This document shows positions 10,301 to 21,725 of a stretch of DNA of 56,612 nucleotides, in pieces. Location: contig NW_003314288.1 in the NCBI RefSeq assembly GCF_000143415.4, forward strand, positions 476,991-533,602, given 5' to 3'. The position numbers and the translations under genes were made by a program. The DNA is from Selaginella moellendorffii. Taxonomy: Eukaryota; Plantae; Lycopodiophyta. A model generated the notes under the pieces. It was not told the DNA's origin. It searched no databases and saw only the letters and a list, made by a program, of their open reading frames with translations. The stretch's first letter is position 1; each line of letters starts with the position of its first letter.

Positions 10301-12992
10301 CACAAGGTAAGGTCACGTGAGGCCTCACGCCATTTTGATTATAGATCGTTGTGAATATTCAGACACGAGGACTGAAAAGCGCACTGGTGGCGCATCGAAG
10401 AAGGACAAACAGACAAGCAATAGGAAAAAAGGAGGTACAAATTATATTTGCAATGGCGTGTGGTCTCATGCCATTCCTTGCAGAAGAAACTTCTTCAAAG
10501 GCAAAACAGGCAAGCACCAGCCAAGCTCAAACTGACAGTGGTCATAAAAAGCGAAAGCACGTTGGACAGTCGTCGAGATTAGAGGTGTTTGATTCAAAAA
10601 GGAAGAAGGGCAACGAAAAGATGATAGGTAATGCCTTGCGGTTATGGCGTGTGTGCTCATGCCATTCATTGCAGATCAAGGGCTGAGTGAAAGCAGGCAG
10701 TCACCACCTCATGACTCAGATTCCTATGGCGGACTCCCCTTCCCCAATCTCAATGGAGAGGTACAATGGATGAGGGAAGCTTTTCAAGTCAGGGCCACAT
10801 TTTTCTCATCTCGTCGTCTTCGAAGGGTGCAAGAATGTGCAGAAACCATGTTAAGACAGTCGGGTGAGGATACGGTCCTAGGTCACGCACTAAAACAGGC
10901 TATGGATGTCTTGTATTTTGAGATGGAGACTCGGCCAGATGATTTTCCCAAGATGGTCCTGGAAGAACAAGCCATCCAGCCTGAGCAGCCTATGGAAGAA
11001 ATGCAGGAGGGGGATGAGGAGCCAGAGAAAGATAATGAGCAGGAAGAGCAGAAGGACGAAGAGGAGGACAAAGAAGAGGAGGATGAAGAAGAGGAGGACG
11101 AAGAGGACTTGGATGGTCCTCACAATGGTGACGATCATAATAACGACAACGATGATGATGACGACGATGGCCAGCCTGAGGTGGCCAAAGAGCAGCGGAG
11201 GAAGGTCATACAAGACAAACCATCAGGTAAATAATAGTACATCCATTCCTAACCTTTTACCATTTCTAACATTGTCCATGTAGGTCACAGAGCAAATGGT
11301 AAGTAGAGATTATTCAGTTGAATTTACAAACTCTAGCCTTTAGTGTCGAGGAAGGATAGTGCCAAGCAAGGGTCGAAACGTATGTCCAATCCTTCAGAAT
11401 CAGCAGTGCGCCCAAGTGATATCGGTCCTAGTTCCTCAATAGCAGTTGATGGTAAATACAGTATAGTCGATTCAATGTGCTAATGAGTTTGTTTTTAGTA
11501 GCACTGGAGGATACCATCTCAATCGAAGGGAGATATTTGGACATGCATATGGATCCGCCAGTGGACTCTACTTGGCTGCAAGAGTCATCAGAGCTGGTGG
11601 AGCTACTATCCATATCAATGCCAAGCAAGCTGACCACGCTCCACTTGATGCTGCCCATACCACTAAGTCAATCTTGTCCACGTATCTAACTGACGGTGAC
11701 CAGGCGCCATTGGACCCACATGAGGCCACCCCAGCCGCCGAGCCGGTCGTATCCTCATTTCCAACGGACCCAACGTGTGCCCAATCGTCTGACTACGCGC
11801 CGTTGGAACCTCCCTACACCGCCCTTGCTGCCTGTTCGGTCATGTCCACTTTGCCAACGGAGGCACCAGCTGAAATGGCGTGTGATCACACGCCATCGGA
11901 ACCACCCCATGCCACTGTTGAGCCAGTTGTACTAGAGTCTACAACTGAAATGGCATGTGCCCACACGCCATCGGATGCGATTGACCCCACATTACAGAGG
12001 AGAGTATTTCCGCCCTTCACGTTTCCTCGACCAAAACCCTCTCAACGACCATCGGGAGCAACATTCGCTAATATTGTAGATGGTAAAATTGACTTGTACC
12101 ATTTTTTATGCTGACGCATTTCATTTCAGAGTCACGGCGAAGGTACTGTATCGTTTTTGATCTGAACGGTGTCCTTTTCTCCCATGAGCGTGGCTCGTCC
12201 TCGAATGTCATTGCACCCTCCAAAGCCTGCGGTCGCAAGTTGGTCAAAAGAGACAGATTCACATTAATCACACGGGAGAAACTGCGGGATCTAATAATGA
12301 CCATGCGACACTTAAAACAGAGGGCCGGGTTCAATTTGCAATTGGGAGTTTGGACATCCATGATGCGCCACAATGCATTAACGTTGCTACAGATGATGCA
12401 CGATCAGACGCGAGTAATATTACCATTTGACTTTCTCCTAACGCAGGAGGATTGCTTGACTATGGTCCATGTGAGGGGTAGCAAGCCCATCTTCGTCAAG
12501 CCAGAGGCTGTAGTGATGAACCGGACTGCTAGCTCAAGTGAAATCCTCATCATCGATGAGTCGCCGATTAAAACTGCAGCGAACACGCACACATATGCAG
12601 TGCACCCCATCTCTTGCAGTATGGAAACTAGGGAGAAGAAACCGTATGTTCTGGGGGACCTTGCAAAACGGCTTGGAGCGATGGTGATAGAGAACCGGCC
12701 AGTCCAGGAGGTGGCTGCAGAAATCAACCAAATGGCAAATGGAACGGTATATCAGAAGCCATTTGATCGGATAGACACCAGTCATCATTTATGGCATGTA
12801 TATTGTCTAGCCAAGCACTATCCGCATCTCCATAATCTGCTCAACCGGATGGGTTCTTCGACCACTGAACATGAGCGTGGACGTATTAGAGAAGAGATGG
12901 CATTACTATTGGGTTTAAATCCTGATAGTGTGGAGAGTGATGAAATTCCAAGATTATTGTATAGGCGTTGGAGGCAAAAAATAACAGTCTGA
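7374..12992 (+). CDS. Multi-exon gene (probably damaged in this copy): ParB/Srx-like domain, degenerate N4/N6 DNA-methyltransferase-like fold, acidic/low-complexity linker, C-terminal FCP1/NIF-like HAD phosphatase domain
   Basis: ATG at 7374, intron 7377-7615, then in frame with ORF 7652-10186. Further introns 8792-8845 (acceptor CAG>CAA), 10170-10219, 10307-10362, 10435-10483, 10628-10674, 11227-11283, 11299-11343, 11452-11498 and 12083-12129 all join in frame; one frameshift at ~11560-11620. Motifs: YNHRLVSDEWVEKLKQKM / FYAVSGQHSSLA / SHAQN; NPKKAP...KCVVEYNCGG..RAALLKGVPCVAV; IVFDLNGVL...VWTS...QEDC...KPIFVKP...ILIIDESPIK. Confidence 0.75.
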
Positions 12993-13521
12993 GATGGCAT
13001 GTATTTATTTAAAAATGTAACTTATTATGGCATGGGGTTCCATGCCATTGTATTAATATTAAAAGACAATTCTTTGAGAGGATTTGCATTATACTAGAAG
13101 TGTTACAGCATGTTATTGGAAGTCTACGAAGTTGTTTTATTAATAATGGGAAAGCAAAGATTGAATGGGGACTTGGGCTCCACCTAGACTCGGAGCAACT
13201 GAGCCAATATTAAAAGGATGGAAAGAAATTGGACGACAATGACAAGGAGAAGAGAGAGGTGAAGCAGTGGTAGGGGGAGGAGAAGTGATTGAGTAGACAT
13301 TTCCTTGTTTAAAATAAAATGGCATGTGCCTCAATGCAGTTGAATTTNNNNNNNNNNNNNNNNNNNNNNNNNNNNNNNNNNNNNNNNNNNNNNNNNNNNN
13401 NNNNNNNNNNNNNNNNNNNNNNNNNNNNNNNNNNNNNNNNNNNNNNNGAGCTGTAGGGTTTGACGAGGAGATGGTGTGGGTTCGAGGCAGTGGCATCCAG
13501 TGAGGAGGTGCTGTTCATGGA

Positions 13522-14790
13522 GTGAGGAGCAACCATGGTGGAGGAGCATTTGGGGCTGGAGGACGAGCACCAGGACCAGCTGTTGCTCAAGGAGGCAGGC
13601 CGCCTCGAGGCCGAGGCTGTGGAGATGCCGATCTCTCGAATCTTGGCCTCAATCAGGGCGGACTTGGAGCTGGAGCACAGGGAGCTGTAGCACGGGGAGC
13701 TGGAGCACAGGGAGCTGTAGCACAGGGAGCTGGAGCCTCTCCCCCAACAGCTTCTAGAACTCGATTGTTCTCTGAATTCTCTTCTACGACAACTAATGAG
13801 GTAAGCTTCAAACCGAGTTTAGCTCAGATTCTAGGAGAGTGGTTTCGGGTTTAGGGTGGTGAAGTAGGTGACCTGGAGCAGGAGCAGTCACCAGGACAGC
13901 AGTACATGCAGTTTTGGTTTCATAACTTGGAGGAGCAGGACGACATTGCCGTTGAACAGGAGGTGGAAGAAGATGATCGGGGTGATGAAGAGGAGGGCGA
14001 TGACGACGAGGAAGGGGAGGCAAGTGTTCATGTCGCGAAGAAAATGAGGAAGAAACGTGGGAAAAATTGGGGAGATGATGAGACGGCTTCCCTCATTGAT
14101 TTCAAACGGGAAGATCACCTTGGAAAGATCGGGGCAATGCGGGGCAGCGAGGAGATGACGTTGACAGCAACCGATCGCTGGAAGAGGATTGCGAAGAAGA
14201 TGCAGATTGCTGGCATGCAGCGGGACTGGAAGGCTTGCCGGACTCGCTGGAACAACCTTTGCAACGACTACAAGTGTGTTTGCGATTTCCAGAGGAAAAC
14301 TGGAAACCCCGACTACTTTAGCTTGAGCCACGAGGATGCGAAGCGACTTATGCCGGTGAAGCTGAACTTGAAGGTGTTCCCAGTCGAGTACTTCAACATC
14401 ATAGATGAATTCCTAGTGAAGAAGGCATCGACATCTCCAACATTTCTTACTGATTCAGATGCTCCGGAAGAGGAAGCTTACGAGGAGGATCCCGCGGATG
14501 GTGTTGATCCTCCTGGAGATGCTACACAAGTGCCAGGGAGTTCAGGGAAGCGGAAGAACCCAAAGAAGGCCGAGAAAAGTATGACAACTTTACTTGCTGA
14601 GGGGAATGCTCTCACTGCTGCTTGAAATGAGCAGAATCTAGTGTGGCAAAAGGAGAGCATTATTTGCATGAAGGAGAATAGCCTGGCTGAGAAGGAAAAG
14701 GCTGCAGCTGCAACAGTTTTAGCTGGAGCCATCTCCAACCTTGCAAGTTCCATCTCCAACTTCTTGAACGGGGCTGCATCCAAGAGTTAG
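13522..14790 (+). pseudogene. PIF/Harbinger Myb/SANT-like (trihelix) DNA-binding protein
   Basis: RGKNWGDDETASLI...RWKRIAKKM...RDWKACRTRWNNLCNDYK; in-frame intron 13801-13854; premature TGA at 14623; the true start may lie in the N gap. Confidence 0.85.
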
Positions 14791-14893
14791 CTGTCTTGTT
14801 TTCGGGATTTTAGGGGGACATTAATTATTAATATTCAACTAAACTATGTTTAGGCTATGATATTTTAGATTTTTCTAACCATTTTTTTTTCAG

Positions 14894-16404
14894 GATCTTG
14901 CAACAGTTCAACCCGAGGAAACAGAAGATGGTTCTGGGGAAAACCAAAGAGATGCTCAGGAGGAACGTGGTTCTTTCAACAATCAAGCAGCAGTCATCGA
15001 TGCCTTATTGAGGAACAAGGTAATCTTGCTTATTTTGCAAGTTTTGTTTCTTGCTGTGGAGGCTTTTCAATCCATTATTGATGACAAGACCCCGGTGGCA
15101 CAAACTCTTCCGGACGAGGAGGACGAAGACAAGCTTTGTCGAGCAGTCTTGTCCAAGCGACTTGACGCCGGTCTCTGGTGGGTGAAGCCGCGGTGTATGA
15201 CAACATGGAGCAAGTTCTTTATGGAGTTGTATGACCCTGGTCGATGGAAGTGGAAGCTAAGGATGGAGAAGAAGACGTTCTTTGGGCTTTGTGGCATTCT
15301 GGAGGCTGAAATTTGCAAGCAGGATACAAAGTTTAGGAGAGCAGTGCCAGTGGATGTTCGTTTGGGGGTCACTTTGTACAAGTTGTTCAAGAACACCAAC
15401 TACTCCGACCTGTCTGACAAGTTTGGGATTGGGGAAGCCACTGCACATGACATTGTGGTGCAGACAACTGCTGCAATCGTCAAGTGCCTCAGGTACAAGA
15501 TTCGATTCCCAGAGACAGTAGCGAAGGTTAGAGCTGTGGCGGCAGATTTTCAGCAAATCACCAAGACTCGTCTCCCTAATGTGGCTGGGGCAATCAACTG
15601 TACACATTTTGAGATTATTCGACCAGTTGGCCCGGATGGTGAGGGCTACTTTGATCGAAAGCAACGGTACTCGGTGATCTTGCAGGGGGTTTATGACGCT
15701 CAGAAAAGGTTCTTGAGTATCTATGCAGGCTGGCCAGGTAATTACTTTTATTTTTTTTCTTCTATACATCTAATTGGTTTTTCTTTTTTTTCAGGGAGTG
15801 TTCATGACATGAGGGTTTTTTGGAACTCCAGGCTATGCCACAAGATCCAAGCAAGGGAATTACTCACAGTTCCTCGGGAGTTTGCTTTTGACGAGTGGAT
15901 TGAGCCATACCTGGTGGGAGACAAAGGCTACCAGCTGCAACAGCACTTGATGATCCCTCACTTGGGTAAGTTGATTGTTTTTTTTTTTTCAATTATTCAT
16001 TTGAAACAGGTTCCCGGTTGACAATGACTGAGGCGGAGTACAACCAGCAACACCATCTGGCCCGGATTGTTATTGAACAAGCATTTGGACTCCTGAAAAT
16101 GAAATTCAAATGCTTGGATAAAAAACAAAGGATCAAGCCAAAGTACTTGCCGAACATCATCAAAAGTTGTTGCATCTTGCACAACTTCTTGATTGATGTT
16201 GGTGAGACAAACATCAATGCCGAGATCAAAGCATGGGAGAAACACATTCAAGCCTTGAAGGAAGTAGAGATTTTTGAAGATTACGGGGATCCTATTGTGG
16301 CTGAGGGAGAACCACAGGAAGATTTGCGTGGGCCGGAGGATGCACGGGAGGTTCGAGAGAACCTAACCGACTTCTTATGTTTGCGGCGTCGTAGAACTGC
16401 GTGA
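14894..16404 (+). pseudogene. PIF/Harbinger DDE transposase (HARBI1-like)
   Basis: LRMEKKTFFGLC, GAINCTH (first catalytic D>N), GWPGSVHD after intron 15738-15794, GDKGY, intron 15966-16009, IEQAFGLLKMKFKCL, CCILHNF. Confidence 0.92.
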
Positions 16405-17703
16405 TTGCTATGTTCAAGTTTAATATTTGAAATTTGAAATTGAAATTTAGGGTTAGCATTTCGAATTTGATTTGAATTTGAAATTTTAAAATATTTTAAA
16501 ACATGTTCGAATGCTATTTTGAAGACATTTTAAAGTAAGTCAAGTGCGAAGTCACTAGTGTTTTGCCACTTATGATCTAAACCAAATTACTAAAAGGAAA
16601 GAACAAAAGAAAACAAATGGAAAAAAATTAGATCTAAATGATGCAAAAGTTATATCTAAACCAAAATCCTAAATCCAAGCATTCCTTAGGGACAATCAAA
16701 GGTGCCCCTCAACTCCACCAATGTGAGTGCTTGGAATATGGAAAGGGAATACAGAAATGTGATGGCCAAATTGATTGATGGCCAAATCTCCATTGTTCAC
16801 ATTAGTTCCTTGGGTATGGATTTGGTTACTTTGTTGTACCTTATGATATGAGTTTGCTCTTGGGCTCATAGGATGGATTGAGACTTTGCACAAGTTTGTG
16901 CTTGGGCTCATGAGAGTGGCACATTAGCAACATTAACTCAAGATTACACTTTGAGTTGCCAAGATTAATGTTGGCATATCGGTGGTTCCATGAATTGTTT
17001 TGGTGATTCTATGAGTTGTTCCATGTACCATGAGTTAAAGCAAACCTTCCCTGGGTTTGCTATGAGTGACTAGCCTAATTGCCATGAATTATTCTAGTGG
17101 TTCCATAGGTTGTTCTTTGTACCATAGGTAGAAATAAACCTCCCTTGGATTTGCTATAAGTGACAAATATACTAGTCCGTAGCTGTTTAGCATGGCACTA
17201 GTGGATCCTTCCTAAGTGTGATTATAAGTGGATCAATCAAGACTATAGGGATTAGTCTATTGATTCAACTAGTCATTGCGGTGTGCTCTCATAAAATTTT
17301 CTTGGATCGAACTGAAGGCAATGCGAAAGCAAGCTTGAGGTTTAGTCAAAAGATGAGACCGAAAAGAGAGTTATCAGGGATGAAAGATCAAACATGTAAA
17401 TCATTTTTTCTTCTTGGAGAGATGATTTGCGACGAGGTGTGACTCATTGCTCATGTTCACATCATGCAATCAAGAATCCCTACCTTGATGCATGTTGGAA
17501 ATAACGGTCTTGTAAATAGTGAGTGATGAAACACTAAACCATTTTGTCTAAGCTTGCTATTGAAGACTTAGATAGCAATTCTCAATTCTTTTCTGGGGAA
17601 CCTTGCTATTGCTCCTTGAGTAGTTTAGTGTTGGAGTTTGGTTTTGAGTTTGGTTAAAAAGAGAGTGGCATAAATTTGTCCGTGTTGTCAATGGGGTTTT
17701 AAT

Positions 17704-19660
17704 TTATCCTCTATAAACCATAGAGTCCAATTTTGACCTGCTCGAAACTAGGAAAGAGCTCTTCAAGATTTTTAGGGGGGGTGGGACAAGGGGGACAAAG
17801 TAGAATTGGTAATCGAGTCCGTGACGTCTAATCTCCAAGCTTCCGAAGTTCCTGGTGTTGAACTCTGTCGACTCGGGGAGGTACATGTACTGTCGTTCCT
17901 GAACATGTGCTGCCAAATCCATATTGGTGGTTTCCACGTCCATTCTTCTTCTCCAGCCCCGCTTCTTCCTCTAAAAAACGGCCACAGCTTCTTCTCCTTC
18001 GCTATCTTCCCTTCCTTGCCTTGTTTGATCAGCGTGTCCAAGCGGGCCATGAGTGAGACAATCAATCCATACCAAACCTTTGAGATAGTTGCTTGAGCTG
18101 AGGGGTCCGTGTCATCAAACAGCCTGGCGCACCGAGCCTTCCATATCTTTGCTAGTGTGCATCCCTGAAGCGCATCGAAGAGCTTCTAGTGGAGATGCTT
18201 AATGTGTGTCCGAGTTTGGTTGAGTTGATCAAAGTGTGGGGCCTCTCTGTGTCTCCCCTTCCATGCATCAGGATTCTTTGTTTTTCCCTGTATGAGGTTA
18301 CCCCAAAGCATAGATTCGTATGTGATTGCAGCTCCTCCGGTTGACGTTCATTTGAGTACTACTGCTGCACCTTCCCATAGTTCCTGTGCTGCCGGACATT
18401 CCCATAAGATGTGTTGCTGTGTTTCTATGGTGCCACAGGTCTTGTAGGCTGTGTTCGGGAGATATATGGCCGCCAGAGAGGGAAGACGTTCTTGTTGGGC
18501 CAGCCACATGAAGTAGCGGTTCTTAGCTGACCAGCGCCCCTTCCAGATCTTGTTGATGCAGTATGAGTGGTTCCTGGAGTGGATTTGTTGGGCCTTTGCT
18601 TTCCGGATGAGGGAGGATCGAGTCAGCACCTTGATCAGTTTTCGGCCCAGCTTGGTCTCATACTGAAAGAAGTCCTTGCACATGGTTCCTCTCCAATGCC
18701 ACTCTGTGGGATCCCACTTGAGTTCATCCAAGGTTTGTTGGTGGAACTAGTAGAGGTGAGCATATTGTTTTTCTGGGATCAATGGATCAACGTTGGCAGT
18801 TTTTTTCTCCATTTGAATCACTTTGATCGGTTTAGCTTTGCTCATATCGGGGAGGTCCTCGTACTCAGGGGTGATGATGGGGTACAAGCATCCAGCCTGT
18901 CCTGCCTCAAAGATTAGTCCTGATGCCATGTTGGGGAGGGTGCATACAATTGACTCGTCCACCTTCCACCATCGATGGTATTGGTCTTCTTGTAGGTTTA
19001 GTCATTCAAGGCATGTGTGTTTGGCCTAAAAAGGCTGTTTGGAATTTACGCATCCTGTGTTCCGAGATGGTTAATCTGTAGAAGGCACTGATTTGGTCAC
19101 AGTTGTTGGCCGTCTGGTTGGGCTGGATCATGGTGTCTACCTCTGCGAAGGTTCTCATCCCTGCTCTGTGCAGGTCTCTGCATGTCTGGTCCAGGCCACA
19201 ATCCTCGAAAGCTCCGAGCATTTTACCATTGACAGCGAAGAGTTTGCTCAGGAAAATTGGCTGCCAGTCCAGTTTTTCTTTGGTACGAGATGGTTTACAT
19301 TCCAGCTTGCATTTGAATTGCCTCCAGAGCTTGAACAGCTTTCCTGAGAACGTGTGAGCCTTTGTCAGTTTGAGTTTGGTGTCCGAGAAGAGCCATTGTT
19401 CATCTGTCACCTAGTTTTGTCTAGTGTACTTGTTCTTGTCCGGGAGGACTTTCAAAAGTTGTGCTCACAGCAGTGTTCTCCATGGTTGGTTGCTAGGCAT
19501 GAGCATCCTCTTGAAAATCTTGAAGAAGAGAGCCTTGCATTGTTCTTTGGTGTCAATAATATTGAGGCCCCCTTCGTGCTTCAGAAGTGTTATTGACCGC
19601 CAGTTGACCTTTGCTCCACCACATGAGACGCAGGAGAAGACCGAAAAGTCTCATGGATTA
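17704..19660 (-). mobile_element. 5'-truncated, degenerate L1-like LINE (ORF2 C-terminal part with zf-RVT)
   Basis: KIWKGRWSAKNRYFMWLAQQERLPS...TCGTIETQQHILWECPAAQELW; collinear broken ORFs 19006-19410, 18747-18962, 18348-18731. Confidence 0.8.
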
Positions 19661-21725
19661 TTTTTGAGTTTGGTCAGAAAGAGAGTGGCATGAGCGTATC
19701 CGTGTTGTGAACAAAAGTTAATGGTATTGGGTGTTGTAAATCTCTATCAGTGGAGTGTGGCATTTATGTTGCATTTTGTCAAATCGAGTTGGCACTTGAT
19801 ACTAACATAAACCTTTGAAGTAGTGATATAAGCATTGCTTGTGGTGTTGCTTAATTGATGATCAAGTCATTGTGATACTTATATCATATCCAAGTGATAG
19901 TGAGTAATGTGTTTACAAAGTTGCTTGGTTAAACAATGATCAACCCCAAAGTGGTTAATGGAGAAGCTAGTCTACTTGCAAATAGCAGCATTGTAGTAGC
20001 TTTGACTGGATTCTCGATGGTGGTCCATTATGCTAAGCTTAAATTGGTACCTTGTTTCCTTGAGTTTGCCCGTTAAGATGTTGGAAAGGGTTATAGCATT
20101 CACTTGTTATGGCTTGTTGGTTTATTCGTTAGCACTTAGAGTAAATTATTGGATAGAGAAGATGTGTAGTTGAGGCATTGATATCGCTGGCATTTGTGTT
20201 AGTGGAAGTAGCATTATTATTCGAGTGATGAGGAATTTTCCTTAGAGCTTGATTTTCCATGTCATTTTTTTGTTAGTGTTTTGGCTTCACATTGGATCTT
20301 GAAGGTGGTTGAAGAAAAGTGTTAGTGCAATGTGGATATCCAAAGATGTGGTCTTCGTGATCAAGCCTTGGATGTTCACTTTGCATTTTGCGGATATCAG
20401 TGTTGGATATTGAAAAATGGGCAAAGATATTTAATACTTAAGCATATTGTTGGATCATGAGAATTTGAGTTGAGGTGAAACTATGTGAAGTTGTTTGTAG
20501 GAAGAAGTTGGTTGAGTCTTGAAAATTTGCATTCCTAGACTGAGAGTCATTTTTTCTCTAGGATGGGAAAAAAATTTCACAAATTTTCTTAGACTTTTCC
20601 ATTGTCTGATCTATCAGTCACTTTACTCAAAAACCATTCCATTTTTGTAAGCCAATACAAACTGATGAAAGGGTTGGAGTTGACTTCGGTTAACTTAAAC
20701 TTTAGTAAGTAGTTTGTATGATGCGACCTGAAAAAGGATGTTAACTTTTGAGGCTAAGGCAATTGAGTTAAATAGAGTTTGGAGTTGATGTAGAAAAGTG
20801 GCCGTTGCACTTTTCTAGAAAGGTGACCTTTATGCCTTTCTTCTATAGCGTTATGCTTGGTGGTAGGTTGCACCTTGCAGTTTTTTAGACTCTATAAGAG
20901 TAGTGAGCTCTCACTAATCTTGATTTGGTCTTGGTAGCCTTACACCTTGGTTGAGGATAGTGATGTCCAACTTAATTGTTTGAGGTTGAGATGTTGATAC
21001 CTGTATTATAACTTTGTCTATGAGGAAGTTTTGTACCAATATGAGTCCATCTCATGGTCTTCACTTTAGTTTCGACTAAGTGTTAATCATGTATAGCTAG
21101 GCTCTTCAAAGCATGCTCAGAGTTATAGACTAAATGCATTAGTGAGCTTATTGCGGTTGAATTGGATTCAAGTGGTTATGTAGTTTATGCTTGTCCATGA
21201 ACCTTTATCTCATGCTTGGGATATTATACTCATGTTGGACAAGTGTATGACTCAATGACATGAGTTTAGTGTTTGGGTCTTGTGAAGGCAAGTTGAAAGA
21301 GTGATTGTTCGTTGCTTGACAACTAATGATTGCTTGTAGACTTTGTCAAGGACTGTTTGACATTTGTTTCGCTCGATGATAATTTAGCAATAATTGGCTT
21401 GCTTTACTGGATGGTGTTGCGAAGGATTGTGTCATTAGACTTACATGGTTTTTCCATGTTGGTATATCGATTCTACCTCTGTTAATATCATTTGGTTGCA
21501 TTTAGTTTGTGATATTAGATTTTATTAAGTTTTGGATGTGGTGAATCACTCTTTGATGATGTATTATCTATACTTGAGTAATATTGAAAGATTGGTCTCG
21601 GATACTAAATATAGTATCTTCGATTTTGGTTAGCTTAGTTGTTAGAGAGCTTTGAGTGGTGATTCACTCTTGCTTTCTTTTAGCTTTGTTCTAATGTTAA
21701 TGGCATTGAAGTGATGCCCTGTTAT

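Larger units (their letters stand above)
1313..13340. repeat. Dispersed family of 22-bp imperfect palindromes, consensus ATGGCRTGNGGCCNCAYGCCAT
   Basis: Copies start at 1313, 1629, 3007, 3064, 4901, 4971, 5069, 5684, 5756, 6617, 6684, 7402, 7479, 7539, 8813, 10312, 10453, 10644, 11875 (perfect palindrome), 11950, 13027 and 13319; half sites at 1691 and 12994. Confidence 0.92.
1087..13347. mobile_element. Putative large two-gene Sola-like DNA transposon (transposase plus ParB/MTase-like/FCP1-like gene) marked by dispersed 22-bp palindromes; ends not defined
   Basis: Divergent gene pair; palindrome copies span 1313-13340; the left side abuts a truncated Gypsy integrase and the right side runs into an N gap; no TIR/TSD identified. 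Confidence 0.6.

Noticed and set aside
8005-12788. Minus-strand ORFs opposite the ParB-like gene (e.g. 8731-9339, 9697-10179)
   Set aside because: Antisense shadows with no recognisable motifs.
7374-12992. Bacterial contamination as the source of the ParB-like gene
   Set aside because: The gene has about ten short spliceosomal-type introns that join in frame and is embedded among plant transposons.
1313-13340. CRISPR array or REP/MITE interpretation of the 22-bp palindromes
   Set aside because: Spacing is irregular (tens to thousands of bp), there are no cas genes and no TSDs around copies, and the context is eukaryotic with introns.
1087-13347. TIRs/TSD for the large element
   Set aside because: No convincing inverted match between 1087-1300 and 13000-13347; the right end may be in the N gap.
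17642-19708. ~47-bp direct repeats flanking the LINE as its TSD
   Set aside because: Too long and too diverged, and the left copy does not abut the LINE 3' end; more likely old tandem units of the host sequence.
20330-20370. Copia-like WISKDVVF peptide in the AT-rich region
   Set aside because: Isolated short match with no collinear retroelement motifs.
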